Shown: positions 24,712 through 32,639 of the stretch, one piece after another
Position numbering within the stretch: the first letter of the stretch is position 1
How the letters are laid out: every line of letters begins with the position of its first letter
DNA from: an uncultured Clostridia bacterium
Lineage (GTDB): Bacteria; Bacillota; Clostridia; Christensenellales; Borkfalkiaceae
Reading direction: 5' to 3'
NCBI GenBank assembly: GCA_944367465.1
Contig: CALVWO010000001.1
Span: 6,758 to 70,757 of the forward strand
DNA length: 64,000 nucleotides
Notes under the pieces: generated by a model
Told to the model about the DNA's origin: nothing
Database searches by the model: none
The model's input: only the letters and a program-made list of their open reading frames with translations
Position numbers and translations under genes: made by a program

Positions 24712-26670
24712 TTACTTCTCCTTTGCCGCTCCGAGCCCGATCCCTACAAGGCTCACCAATGCCACCCCGGCGAGGATCGCAACCAATGCCCAATCAAAAT
24801 TCCCCGAAATCACAGGAGGCGTATAAGGATTTATGATATCGATGGGGTCGGCTACGACGGGAATGACCGTTAAATTTCCACCATCATTAAACGTTAGTTG
24901 GATAATATCAAAATTCAGGAATATCGTCTGCTGGGCAATATAAGCATTATTTGTAGATGACTTTATACTATCATTTCCCAACGCACTTCTTTTTTCCCAT
25001 TCGCGCAACTGAGCTGATTCGCTGCGATAATCTGTTACTGCAAATCGAAAAAATACCAGCGTTTTTTCCTGTCTTTTCGCTTCGTTGTATGCCGCCCTGA
25101 TTTTTTCGACGTCTGCAACCTGACACATCAGATTGTCCGAAATATTTTCCGGTGTCCCTGCAAAATCCGATTCTTTCGGGAAATAGATCGGTGCAAATTC
25201 TCGTCCCGTTTCGTCTGGAATCTTTCCAAATAACGTATTCCACAGTCCAAAATCTTTTACATTATCCCACCATGAGGGATCCGTATCGTCCCATGAGACC
25301 ATTTCCTGAATATCGGCGTCGATATCGAAGTCATAGCGGGAAATTCCGTCAAAACCGCTTTGCACAATGCCACTTGCATTATTCACTTTGCGGCTCCCGT
25401 CGATATCCCGTTCGAACAAATCGGCGCTGATCGCCTTTTCTTTCACGTTCACTGTACCGTTTTCAAATGAGCGGTCATAGCTGTATATGTAATTTTCGAT
25501 AGCGTTCCGCATGATCCCGCCCTGAGATTGAATATCGGCATACGGGTCATACGAATCTATATCTACTCCATTGGTATTAAAAATTAAATATAATGCTTCC
25601 ATAGGAGTATCTACCGGATCTTCCGGATCATAAGTAGCATTCCATACAAACCCATCCATTTTGCTGCTCACATAGCTACCAAACGACCAAAGAATACTCT
25701 CGTCAAAATATCCTTCGCGTCCAACACCGTAACTCTGAAACCATTCAGATATCCACGGTAATTGTTTTCCAATATAGTTGCTAATCCCATTATAAAATGA
25801 ATCTTCACTTGTTATTAAAGCGGGCTTGAGCTTGAACTCGTACCATTCTGCCATAATACGTTGGAGTTTCCCGTACTCCTCGAAATATCGGTCAGGCACG
25901 GTAAAATACACGGTATCCAACTGATTTTGATGTCCTGAACCAAGAGAGGACGACATTGTCCTCCAAAATGTATGCTCTACATCGAGGCTGATCGTATCGA
26001 GCTTTTCCTCCGCGATTTGAAGCGTGCTTTCTGCCTCTTTATCCGCTCCGCAGCCCTTGCTGTATCCCGTGCAGCGGTATGTCCTGCCCTTCTCTTCGTT
26101 TGCCGAATTGGAATCCGTTGCGTTTGCATCGCCCGAAAACCAAAGCTGGATCCCCGCGATATCGTAGCGGCGTACGCCATCATGCGCGGCAGCATATACC
26201 TTTGCGCGGTCGTATGCGCCCGCGCTGTTCGTCAGCTTGAATTTATAGATCAGATGATCGTCCGTATAATCCAGGATCGTGATCGCGCAGTTTGCATACT
26301 CTGTCGGTTCGCCCTCCGTATCGTATGCCACCGCCATATTCACGACATTCGCGCCCGTACGGGAAGATACTTCCCGCCCCGTGGGGTTGTACACATAGAA
26401 ATAGATCCCGAAATAATCCTCCGCCACCGACGCGTCGCTGCTGTATGCGTACTCCATGAATCCCGCCTCGTCGATCAGGCGATGCCGCCCGTTCCCGTCT
26501 TTGGCATATACGGAGAGATCCACCGAGGCGAGATCCTGCTCGATTGTCGTCTGATCGTATTGTGTGAGCGCATCCGTGAGCGTGGCGGTTGCGGGCGCGG
26601 CGCCCACGCCGAACCCGATCCCCGCCGATAAAATACACGCCGATGCAGTTTTGAAAATTTGTTTTATCAT
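24712..26670 (-). CDS. Large exported protein with an N-terminal signal peptide and a C-terminal TM anchor (spike/adsorption-protein-like topology)
   Basis: 652 aa. N-terminus MIKQIFKTASACILSAGIGFGVGAAPATA. C-terminus NFDWALVAILAGVALVSLVGIGLGAAKEK. Rich in D/Y/W/N; no family recognised. Confidence 0.65.
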   Translation of the reverse strand: MIKQIFKTASACILSAGIGFGVGAAPATATLTDALTQYDQTTIEQDLASVDLSVYAKDGNGRHRLIDEAGFMEYAYSSDASVAEDYFGIYFYVYNPTGREVSSRTGANVVNMAVAYDTEGEPTEYANCAITILDYTDDHLIYKFKLTNSAGAYDRAKVYAAAHDGVRRYDIAGIQLWFSGDANATDSNSANEEKGRTYRCTGYSKGCGADKEAESTLQIAEEKLDTISLDVEHTFWRTMSSSLGSGHQNQLDTVYFTVPDRYFEEYGKLQRIMAEWYEFKLKPALITSEDSFYNGISNYIGKQLPWISEWFQSYGVGREGYFDESILWSFGSYVSSKMDGFVWNATYDPEDPVDTPMEALYLIFNTNGVDIDSYDPYADIQSQGGIMRNAIENYIYSYDRSFENGTVNVKEKAISADLFERDIDGSRKVNNASGIVQSGFDGISRYDFDIDADIQEMVSWDDTDPSWWDNVKDFGLWNTLFGKIPDETGREFAPIYFPKESDFAGTPENISDNLMCQVADVEKIRAAYNEAKRQEKTLVFFRFAVTDYRSESAQLREWEKRSALGNDSIKSSTNNAYIAQQTIFLNFDIIQLTFNDGGNLTVIPVVADPIDIINPYTPPVISGNFDWALVAILAGVALVSLVGIGLGAAKEK

Positions 26671-27704
26671 ATTTCATTCAGCATTTCAAAAAGTGTATTG
26701 ATCTCTGCCCGCGTCAATCCGTCCTGACGATTGCTTTCGGCATAATCCAAAATTGCTTTTATTGCATTCACGGTCGGATGCTGACGATCCGTTTCCGACA
26801 ACTCCGGATACCGCTCGTTTCCGATTTCTATCAACATTCTAAATTGAGCCATTGCTATCCCATCGGGATCCCCGGTTACAACAGCAAGTTCATCATCCGA
26901 CAAATCGGAATATATTTTCAAGATGCCGGTCATCAATTCCTTGATCGAGGAGACAAACTCCTGCGCATCTTGCGACATTGCAGGCACTTCCGGTTCCTCG
27001 GGTTCCTCGGGTTCCTCAGGTTCCTCAGGTTCCTCCGGCTCTTCCGGTTCCTCGGGCTCTTCCGGTTCTTCCGGCTCCTGCCCGCTGCCGTCTCCGAAAA
27101 TGATATGATCCGGATCGAGAATAATACTCTCCGGCGCGGTGGAGAACGTGACCGTAATGCTGTACCCGTTCGCTGCCGTCACCGTCATGGCGAACTTGTC
27201 TGCGACCGTGTCCGAGACACCGTCCTCAAGCGTGACCGTGTTCCCCTTTGCCCCAGCGATGATCTCATCCAGCGCACCGTATTCCACTGTAAATCCCGTC
27301 GCCGCGCGCGTGATCGTAAATCCCGCCGTGAAATCATCTCCCACAACGTTGCTCCACTTATACGGTTCCGCCCCGAGCGTGAACCCGAAATCCTCTGCCG
27401 CCGCGCGGGCGGTCATCGTCACGGTATAATCCGTACCAAAATCCGCTCCCACGGCGTATGTGATTCCGGAGGAAAGTCCCGTCACGCCGCCGTCGCCGTA
27501 TTTCATGCCGTCCAGCTCGATATAATAATTCCCCGTGATCGTGCCGGGATCCTTTCCGGGGGTCTCCGGGTCTTCCTTCTGCCACGGGAACTTCGTGAAT
27601 CCGTCCGTATAATACCATGCCGCATAGATCCCCCCTGCCAATGCCCCAAGCATTACAAGGATCAGCACGATGAGAAAAAATTTCCTGCCGCCGTTCTTTG
27701 CCAT
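26667..27704 (-). CDS. N-terminally anchored membrane protein with a (PEE)n linker
   Basis: 345 aa. N-terminus MAKNGGRKFFLIVLILVMLGALAGGIYAAWYY. Contains EPEEPEEPEEPEEPEEPEEPEEPEEPE and an alpha-helical C-terminal domain. Confidence 0.65.
   Translation of the reverse strand: MAKNGGRKFFLIVLILVMLGALAGGIYAAWYYTDGFTKFPWQKEDPETPGKDPGTITGNYYIELDGMKYGDGGVTGLSSGITYAVGADFGTDYTVTMTARAAAEDFGFTLGAEPYKWSNVVGDDFTAGFTITRAATGFTVEYGALDEIIAGAKGNTVTLEDGVSDTVADKFAMTVTAANGYSITVTFSTAPESIILDPDHIIFGDGSGQEPEEPEEPEEPEEPEEPEEPEEPEEPEEPEVPAMSQDAQEFVSSIKELMTGILKIYSDLSDDELAVVTGDPDGIAMAQFRMLIEIGNERYPELSETDRQHPTVNAIKAILDYAESNRQDGLTRAEINTLFEMLNEI
26987..27079 (-). repeat. About 10 tandem 9-bp units encoding the (PEE)n tract
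   Basis: The plus strand reads TTCCTCGGG, TTCCTCAGG and CTCTTCCGG variants in tandem. The repeat is coding low-complexity sequence. Confidence 0.85.
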
Positions 27705-27767
27705 CTTTCCACCTCTCGTCTTTTCGTCTGGAGCGGGACTTCCGGCGCCCGCTATACCTTCCTTGTC

Positions 27768-28814
27768 TTAAAAAACCAAAGAGCTATCCGAAAGAGAAAC
27801 ATCCTCGACAGGAGTATAAAGATGCCCTACGGAATACGACATCGTTTTTGTGAATTTATCCGAACTCATGATAACGCCGTCATATTTCAGATTAAATGAA
27901 ACGCTTACATAAATTGCATCCGAGTTATCCGGAATATTCAGAACGTTATATGCCGTGGAATCATATTCAAAAGTGAACAAACGTGTATGTAAATCTTCAA
28001 AACTGCAATTCGCATAATAGCCGCCGTTCTTTTCAAAAATATGTGATTCCTCGATTACAGGCCTCTCATAGTAAGCAGCTATATCAGAATGTGCCTCAAG
28101 AAATTCCTCTGTTAATCCAACTTCAAATCTGGTCACCTCGATTTCAGGATCAACAGTCCCGTCGGTATATTTAAAATCCCGAAACTCAAATGTTGTCGGA
28201 TAACCAGGCGAATCGGTAAATCCAAAAAGAACCTTATCAAAACCGGGACCATCAGTCCTTGAAAATCCAAAATTTAACTCGGAAGTAATGCGTTTCATAT
28301 AATCCACAAAACAATTTGCTTTTATTTCAAGATTTTCATCGCACGCAACAGTTACAACAATGGGCTCACTAAATGCTCCTTTGCACTCTACGTTTGCCGT
28401 ACGCGAACCTTCAGCCGTTGGAGTAACCGTCACATAGTTCGTGACCGATTTACCCGTTGCCCACGATGAAGATGGATTAGAAAACGCCACCGTCCAAACC
28501 ACCGCTTGATTTTCTGCATCTGAAGGCGTGATCGTCGCCGTAATCTGATATGCGCTTTCCGCCATGGGAGAAATGCCATTTTCCTCGTAGTCCTCCGCGG
28601 CGATCTTCGTCGACATCATTTCAATGCCGTTGCTTTCGCCTTCACCGATAATCGCTCCGCCCGTTTCGGGAGTTTCTGTCTGTTCTCCGCTGCCGAACCA
28701 ATTCCGGGCATGCGCGAACCAGCCGACCAGCCCACCGCCGACACCGATCGCAAGTGCCAAAAGAATACAGCCGATCGCCTTCACCGCCGTCTTTCCGTTA
28801 CTTTTCGTTTTCAT
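27768..28814 (-). CDS. N-terminally anchored membrane protein with a bacterial Ig-like (Big_2-type) segment
   Basis: 348 aa. N-terminus MKTKSNGKTAVKAIGCILLALAIGVGGGLVGWFAHARNWF. Contains YQITATITPSDAENQAVVWTVAFSNP...VTVTPTAEGSRTANVECKG. Confidence 0.6.
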   Translation of the reverse strand: MKTKSNGKTAVKAIGCILLALAIGVGGGLVGWFAHARNWFGSGEQTETPETGGAIIGEGESNGIEMMSTKIAAEDYEENGISPMAESAYQITATITPSDAENQAVVWTVAFSNPSSSWATGKSVTNYVTVTPTAEGSRTANVECKGAFSEPIVVTVACDENLEIKANCFVDYMKRITSELNFGFSRTDGPGFDKVLFGFTDSPGYPTTFEFRDFKYTDGTVDPEIEVTRFEVGLTEEFLEAHSDIAAYYERPVIEESHIFEKNGGYYANCSFEDLHTRLFTFEYDSTAYNVLNIPDNSDAIYVSVSFNLKYDGVIMSSDKFTKTMSYSVGHLYTPVEDVSLSDSSLVF

Positions 28815-28840
28815 CTTCCAGATCCTCGCTTATGATTGAT

Positions 28841-29173
28841 TCATTCCGATCTCACGGCATCACACGCAGCTTCGTCCGCAGGTTCCTGTCCGTCGTCCGG
28901 CGTCTGTTGTTCGCCCTCTTCCCCGTCCGGCGTTTCGTCTGGGAGCTGCTCTTCCTGCCCGTCGTCCGGCGTCTGCTGTTCGCCCTCTTCCCCGTCCGGT
29001 GTTTCGTCCGGGAGCTGTTCTTCCTGCTGCTCTCCACCGATCCCGAACCGCGTCCAATCCCGATACCAGTTCGTACAGAACCCCAGAATCACCGCGATCA
29101 TTGCCGCAAGAATCAGGATCCCGAGTACAATCAGAACCCCGTTCCCGCCGTTCGTCTTTCTGCCTTGTGCCAT
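28841..29173 (-). CDS. N-terminally anchored small acidic-repeat protein
   Basis: 110 aa. N-terminus MAQGRKTNGGNGVLIVLGILILAAMIAVILGFCTNWYRDW. A 23-aa unit, EEQLPDETPDGEEGEQQTPDDGQ, occurs twice. Confidence 0.65.
   Translation of the reverse strand: MAQGRKTNGGNGVLIVLGILILAAMIAVILGFCTNWYRDWTRFGIGGEQQEEQLPDETPDGEEGEQQTPDDGQEEQLPDETPDGEEGEQQTPDDGQEPADEAACDAVRSE
28883..29026 (-). repeat. 69-bp tandem duplication (2.1 copies, 5 mismatches) inside the acidic-repeat gene
   Basis: Unit 1 is 28883-28951 and unit 2 is 28952-29020, aligned by hand. A third unit starts with TTCCTG. Confidence 0.85.
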
Positions 29174-29243
29174 TGTTCTCTCCTTCCCGTCTGATACGGT
29201 TCTTATATTTTTCCGCTATGCGCCTCTTTTCCCCTGCGCGTTC

Positions 29244-29348
29244 CTATACGATCCATCCCAGGATGACCGCCGCGTATGCAATGCCGCACGCTGCCAGCAC
29301 CGCACATACGCCCACCCACTTCATTACCGCTCTCCACGTCTCTCGCAT
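29244..29348 (-). CDS. Very small single-TM peptide (start uncertain: 34 or 26 aa)
   Basis: MRETWRAVMKWVGVCAVLAACGIAYAAVILGWIV. The 62-aa track version overlaps the upstream gene by 47 nt, so an internal ATG (29348 or 29324) is preferred. Confidence 0.4.
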   Translation of the reverse strand: MRETWRAVMKWVGVCAVLAACGIAYAAVILGWIV

Positions 29349-29385
29349 CTCCTTCAGGGCGGGATTCCGCTCATATCTCACCTCC

Positions 29386-29613
29386 TCACAGATACTTCCC
29401 TGCGAGCCGCAGCAGCTCGCGCGCCGCTTCAAAATTTACTTTGATGTTCCCGCAGTCATCGCTGATCGCCTCGTTCACCGCTGCCGCAAGTTCGCTCAAC
29501 GCCTCGTCCAACCGCTTGGCGGTCGTCACAAGCTGCGGACGCTCCTTTTGGAAATTCACGAACGCGATAAACTCCTCCTGCCCCATCTCTACCGTCACGC
29601 GCATGCCGTTCAT
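29386..29613 (-). CDS. Small hypothetical protein, paralog of 30115-30345
   Basis: 75 aa from ATG 29613, with an ATGA overlap on the upstream stop. N-terminus MNGMRVTVEMGQEEFIAFVNF resembles MITVQMTREEYERFQAF. Confidence 0.55.
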   Translation of the reverse strand: MNGMRVTVEMGQEEFIAFVNFQKERPQLVTTAKRLDEALSELAAAVNEAISDDCGNIKVNFEAARELLRLAGKYL

Positions 29614-29879
29614 CCGCTCACCTCTCCCCGCATGCGGGGATCTGCCTCTGCGGATCCGCACGCCTGCAAGATCTCTCCGTCCCCGTTTCCGGGGATAACG
29701 TTCGGAAGCCGATACAGCAGATACACATAGCGCCGATCTCTCATGAATGCGGCACCGTGTGCATGCAATACCGTAATTGTCTGCGTCAGCTTGTCGTACC
29801 GTAAAACGGGAAACCCATCGGGCAGCGCCGCGATATCCTTTTCGTCAAGTTCCCACAATAAAATGCTGATCGTTTTCAT
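29610..29879 (-). CDS. Small hypothetical protein (element)
   Basis: 89-aa ORF with 4-nt overlaps at both ends with its neighbours. Confidence 0.5.
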   Translation of the reverse strand: MKTISILLWELDEKDIAALPDGFPVLRYDKLTQTITVLHAHGAAFMRDRRYVYLLYRLPNVIPGNGDGEILQACGSAEADPRMRGEVSG

Positions 29880-30103
29880 CGTCCGCCGAGACCTCCGTCT
29901 ACAGCGACCTGGAATATGATGGAGTATGCTCCGTTCATGATATCCGCTACTTCCGGCTCACCCTTCTGGGCGGCGAGCGCCGCAAGATGTACAAGCACCA
30001 ACGACGCATGCGCCAGATCCGTGCTCCCGAACCCGATCCTTCTCACCTGTTCCATCCGCAATTCCGTACTCGGTATGTCCCGCAGCATATCTGTTACTTT
30101 CAT
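29876..30103 (-). CDS. Small hypothetical protein (element)
   Basis: 75 aa, MKVTDMLRDIPSTELRMEQV..., preceded by GGGGGCGAAGAA. This is the 3' part of a 210-aa track ORF; the upstream part of that ORF overlaps better ORFs. Confidence 0.5.
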   Translation of the reverse strand: MKVTDMLRDIPSTELRMEQVRRIGFGSTDLAHASLVLVHLAALAAQKGEPEVADIMNGAYSIIFQVAVDGGLGGR

Positions 30104-30114
30104 TTCTTCGCCCC

Positions 30115-30345
30115 CTATGCAAGTATCTCCGCGGCGCAATCGATCGCACGGCGCGCCGCCACCGTATTTTTCAATGAGATCCCTTCCAGATCGGAACTCA
30201 TCGCCGCCAATACCGCTTCGGAGAGCTCCTCCGCCTGCTTGCGAAAGAGCTTGTCCTGCGTTCGGATGCTCTCGATCGTCCGTTCCGCACCGCGGAACGC
30301 CTGGAACCGCTCGTACTCCTCTCTTGTCATTTGCACCGTGATCAT
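30115..30345 (-). CDS. Small hypothetical protein, paralog of 29386-29613
   Basis: 76 aa, MITVQMTREEYERFQAFRGAE...AARRAIDCAAEILA. Confidence 0.55.
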   Translation of the reverse strand: MITVQMTREEYERFQAFRGAERTIESIRTQDKLFRKQAEELSEAVLAAMSSDLEGISLKNTVAARRAIDCAAEILA

Positions 30346-30536
30346 TGCTTTCCTCCCGTCTGCGAACGGTTAATTTCGATTTCCGCATATACCCGCTCGT
30401 ACTTGCTGTTCCCGCGGTTGGCATACGGGTCGGAAACGGAAAGAATTTCGATTTCGCCTCGGCGCTCACAGGCATCCAAAAATTTTTTCGCCTGCTCGTT
30501 CTCTTCACGCGTGCCTTGAATCCTGATTTTTACCAT
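30342..30536 (-). CDS. Small hypothetical protein (element)
   Basis: 64 aa, MVKIRIQGTREENEQAKKFLDACERRGEIEILSVSDPYANRGNSKYERVYAEIEI. ATGA overlap with the next gene. Confidence 0.55.
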   Translation of the reverse strand: MVKIRIQGTREENEQAKKFLDACERRGEIEILSVSDPYANRGNSKYERVYAEIEINRSQTGGKQ

Positions 30537-30701
30537 GTTGCTTCTCCTATTTTCTCACCTTGCGGCGGTTTTCCCGACTTCTCCTGAACGGCTGCCTCCG
30601 AACTGCGGCGGCAGCCGCCCATAGGAGAATGCTTTCGCCGATGCGGAGGTGCGCCCTCCCGTCAAGGGGTAACGCCGCCGCTTGCGGACATCGGCATATC
30701 T

Positions 30702-31520
30702 TCAAGAACCGTCGCTCAGGCGATTCGTTCCGCCTTCCGGCAGGACATCTGCCGCGGTCAGTTCCGTTCCCTGCGTTCCTTCGTCACGAACGTACAGCGC
30801 CCACTCGCGCCCGAATTTCTCTTCGAGACGGCGGGCAGCGTTCCATCGCTTGATCTCCTCCTCGTTTTGCCATGCGCAGACGCAGATCTCGCCGTTCTCC
30901 CTGAGCCCGCTGCCGCCGCAGAACGGGCATTTTTGTACGGGCTCGAATATCCTGACGTCGATCCCCGCCCGCTCGCACGCCTTCTTGCGCTCGCCGAGAA
31001 TCTGCATATATTCACGGATCAGCTTGCTCACGCGCACATGATCTTCTGCGGCTTCCGCATCGGCAAGCGCTGCCTCCGCCTCTTTTTTTGCCTTTTCGTT
31101 TCCTGCGAACGCGGGATAGGTTTCCGCCAGCTTTATGCGCGCCGCCGCAGCGTCGCGTTTGCGCTTGCTTTCCATCCCCTTGTAGTAGGCTGTCACTTCC
31201 GATTTCAGAAGCGGGATCTCCTCCGCCTTCCCGGGCATGACCTCCTGCGCCCGACAGAATGAAAAATGAGCGGAAAGGCGCTCCAACGTGACGGGGCGCT
31301 CCGTAAAGATGTTCTTCTTCCCGCCGAGCGTCTCGACCGCGTACAGCTCCCCTCTCCGCTCAGAGTAGTCGCATGCTGAAATTGTCACTTTGCCGATCTC
31401 TTCTTCGGCTGTTCCGTAAAGGGCATACACCGCGCCGACACCATAGTTAAAGTACAGCCGTCCATCGTTCCCCACGATAGGCTGTAACCCACTGCTTTTC
31501 TTCGCTCGCGATGCTGCCAT
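30702..31520 (-). CDS. Hypothetical protein with a coiled A/E/K-rich region and a CPFCGGSG..C.C zinc ribbon
   Basis: 272 aa. Contains QKCPFCGGSGLRENGEICVC, the same ribbon type as the C-terminus of the rep-like protein at 17699-18742. Confidence 0.55.
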   Translation of the reverse strand: MAASRAKKSSGLQPIVGNDGRLYFNYGVGAVYALYGTAEEEIGKVTISACDYSERRGELYAVETLGGKKNIFTERPVTLERLSAHFSFCRAQEVMPGKAEEIPLLKSEVTAYYKGMESKRKRDAAAARIKLAETYPAFAGNEKAKKEAEAALADAEAAEDHVRVSKLIREYMQILGERKKACERAGIDVRIFEPVQKCPFCGGSGLRENGEICVCAWQNEEEIKRWNAARRLEEKFGREWALYVRDEGTQGTELTAADVLPEGGTNRLSDGS

Positions 31521-31534
31521 ACTTCGCTCCCCTA

Positions 31535-31780
31535 TTATTCTTGGAAATTCGCTGCCCGAAGAGTTCTGACGATCTCCTCGAAGCTCTCGCGGACGGGGAT
31601 CCCGACCCTGATCCTTCCGTTCCTGGCTCGCTCCATTTGGATAAAAACAGCTCCTTCTAATTCGACAACCGAGATGATCTCCCTGATGGCGATCATGTGC
31701 GGAATATCTGCCCGCCCCTTTTTACTGATTTGATGAACTAAGATAAATCCCGCGCGTTCTGCACACTCTCCCGAAAGCAT
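31535..31780 (-). CDS. Small hypothetical protein, first gene of the long minus-strand operon
   Basis: 81-aa ORF preceded by AAGGAGGAAAAA. Confidence 0.55.
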   Translation of the reverse strand: MLSGECAERAGFILVHQISKKGRADIPHMIAIREIISVVELEGAVFIQMERARNGRIRVGIPVRESFEEIVRTLRAANFQE

Positions 31781-31863
31781 TTTTTCCTCCTTAAAATCTC
31801 TTCGTGCTGTCTTACGATATCGGCATGTGAAAATATATTTGCACTCCTTTCACAATTGTTTCA

Positions 31864-31892
31864 TTGAAGATAATTGTTATTCGTGATATAAT
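31864..31892 (+). promoter_or_regulatory. Near-consensus promoter: TTGAAG, 17-nt spacer, TATAAT with TGn extension
   Basis: TTGAAG at 31864-69, 17-nt spacer ending in TGA, TATAAT at 31887-92. The downstream gene has the RBS AAAGGAGGTGAAGAA. Confidence 0.65.
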
Positions 31893-31945
31893 TTATATGG
31901 CGTACAATCCGCCCTTGTACGACTACCTGAAAAGGAGGTGAAGAA

Positions 31946-32203
31946 ATGAAAATTGCGGTCAAGATAACCTTGATTTTGTGTGAGTATGCAGTCTTGCTGT
32001 TGCTATTCATTCCATATCTCTTTCTTGTTTGTTGCGCTTCTATTGTGTACAACGTTATTGACCTGATTTCGGATGTACAAGATGAAAAGCATATTAAAAA
32101 CAAACAGACACGCGCCACCCGTCAAATTGATAGAGATAACAAACGCAGGCATACCATTGCAAACATGGTTTTCGGATATTGGAAAGAGCGCTTATTCTCG
32201 TAA
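31946..32203 (+). CDS. Small membrane protein (one or two TM plus a basic tail), AT-rich
   Basis: 85 aa, MKIAVKITLILCEYAVLLLLFIPYLFLVCCASIVYNVI... Strong RBS and promoter. Confidence 0.65.
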   Translation: MKIAVKITLILCEYAVLLLLFIPYLFLVCCASIVYNVIDLISDVQDEKHIKNKQTRATRQIDRDNKRRHTIANMVFGYWKERLFS

Positions 32204-32488
32204 AACCCAACTTCTTTCGTCATAGTCTGTGTTTTTAGAAGTAATCAGCTCAATTGTTTCAATTACGCCCAATATCTCCGCCGCACATTCCGTTAATTTT
32301 ATTTTTATTTGCCATCCCGCTTTAAGCCCGCTCGCTTTCGAGCGGGCTTTATACTGCACGTCAAGAAACTCTCTGTAAAACTCCCGCAGCAATTTCAGCA
32401 ATTTATCAAGAGAAAGTTCCTTAAACACATTGTCAAGGAGCTTTTTTTCTTTTATCTCTTGAAATGTCTTCCTGCGAACTCTATCCAT
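32192..32488 (-). CDS. Small hypothetical protein, divergent from the XRE repressor-like gene
   Basis: 98 aa with RBS GGAGCGAAGT. Lys/Glu-rich and helical. Confidence 0.5.
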   Translation of the reverse strand: MDRVRRKTFQEIKEKKLLDNVFKELSLDKLLKLLREFYREFLDVQYKARSKASGLKAGWQIKIKLTECAAEILGVIETIELITSKNTDYDERSWVLRE

Positions 32489-32576
32489 ACTTCGCTCCTT
32501 TATGGAATCAATCCCGTATCCTTGAAATCTTGCTCGTCTCGATATTATACAAGTTAGTTTATTCTAAAAATTCCAT

Positions 32577-32639
32577 ATTTGCATTTTTCTTGAGATTATA
32601 TCATGCATTTTTGGATTTGTCAACACAAAAAATGCAAAT
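32577..32639. promoter_or_regulatory. Three copies (two direct, one inverted) of a TTGCATTTTT-like motif, putative operators
   Basis: ATTTGCATTTTT at 32577-88, TCATGCATTTTT at 32601-12, and AAAAAATGCAAAT (inverted) at 32626-39. They lie between the divergent genes at 32488(-) and 32669(+). Confidence 0.5.

Noticed and set aside
29876-30508. 210-aa minus-strand ORF inside the element
   Set aside because: Only its last 75 codons have a start with an RBS. The upstream part overlaps two better small ORFs (30115-30345 and 30342-30536) in other frames and is Arg/Gly-rich.
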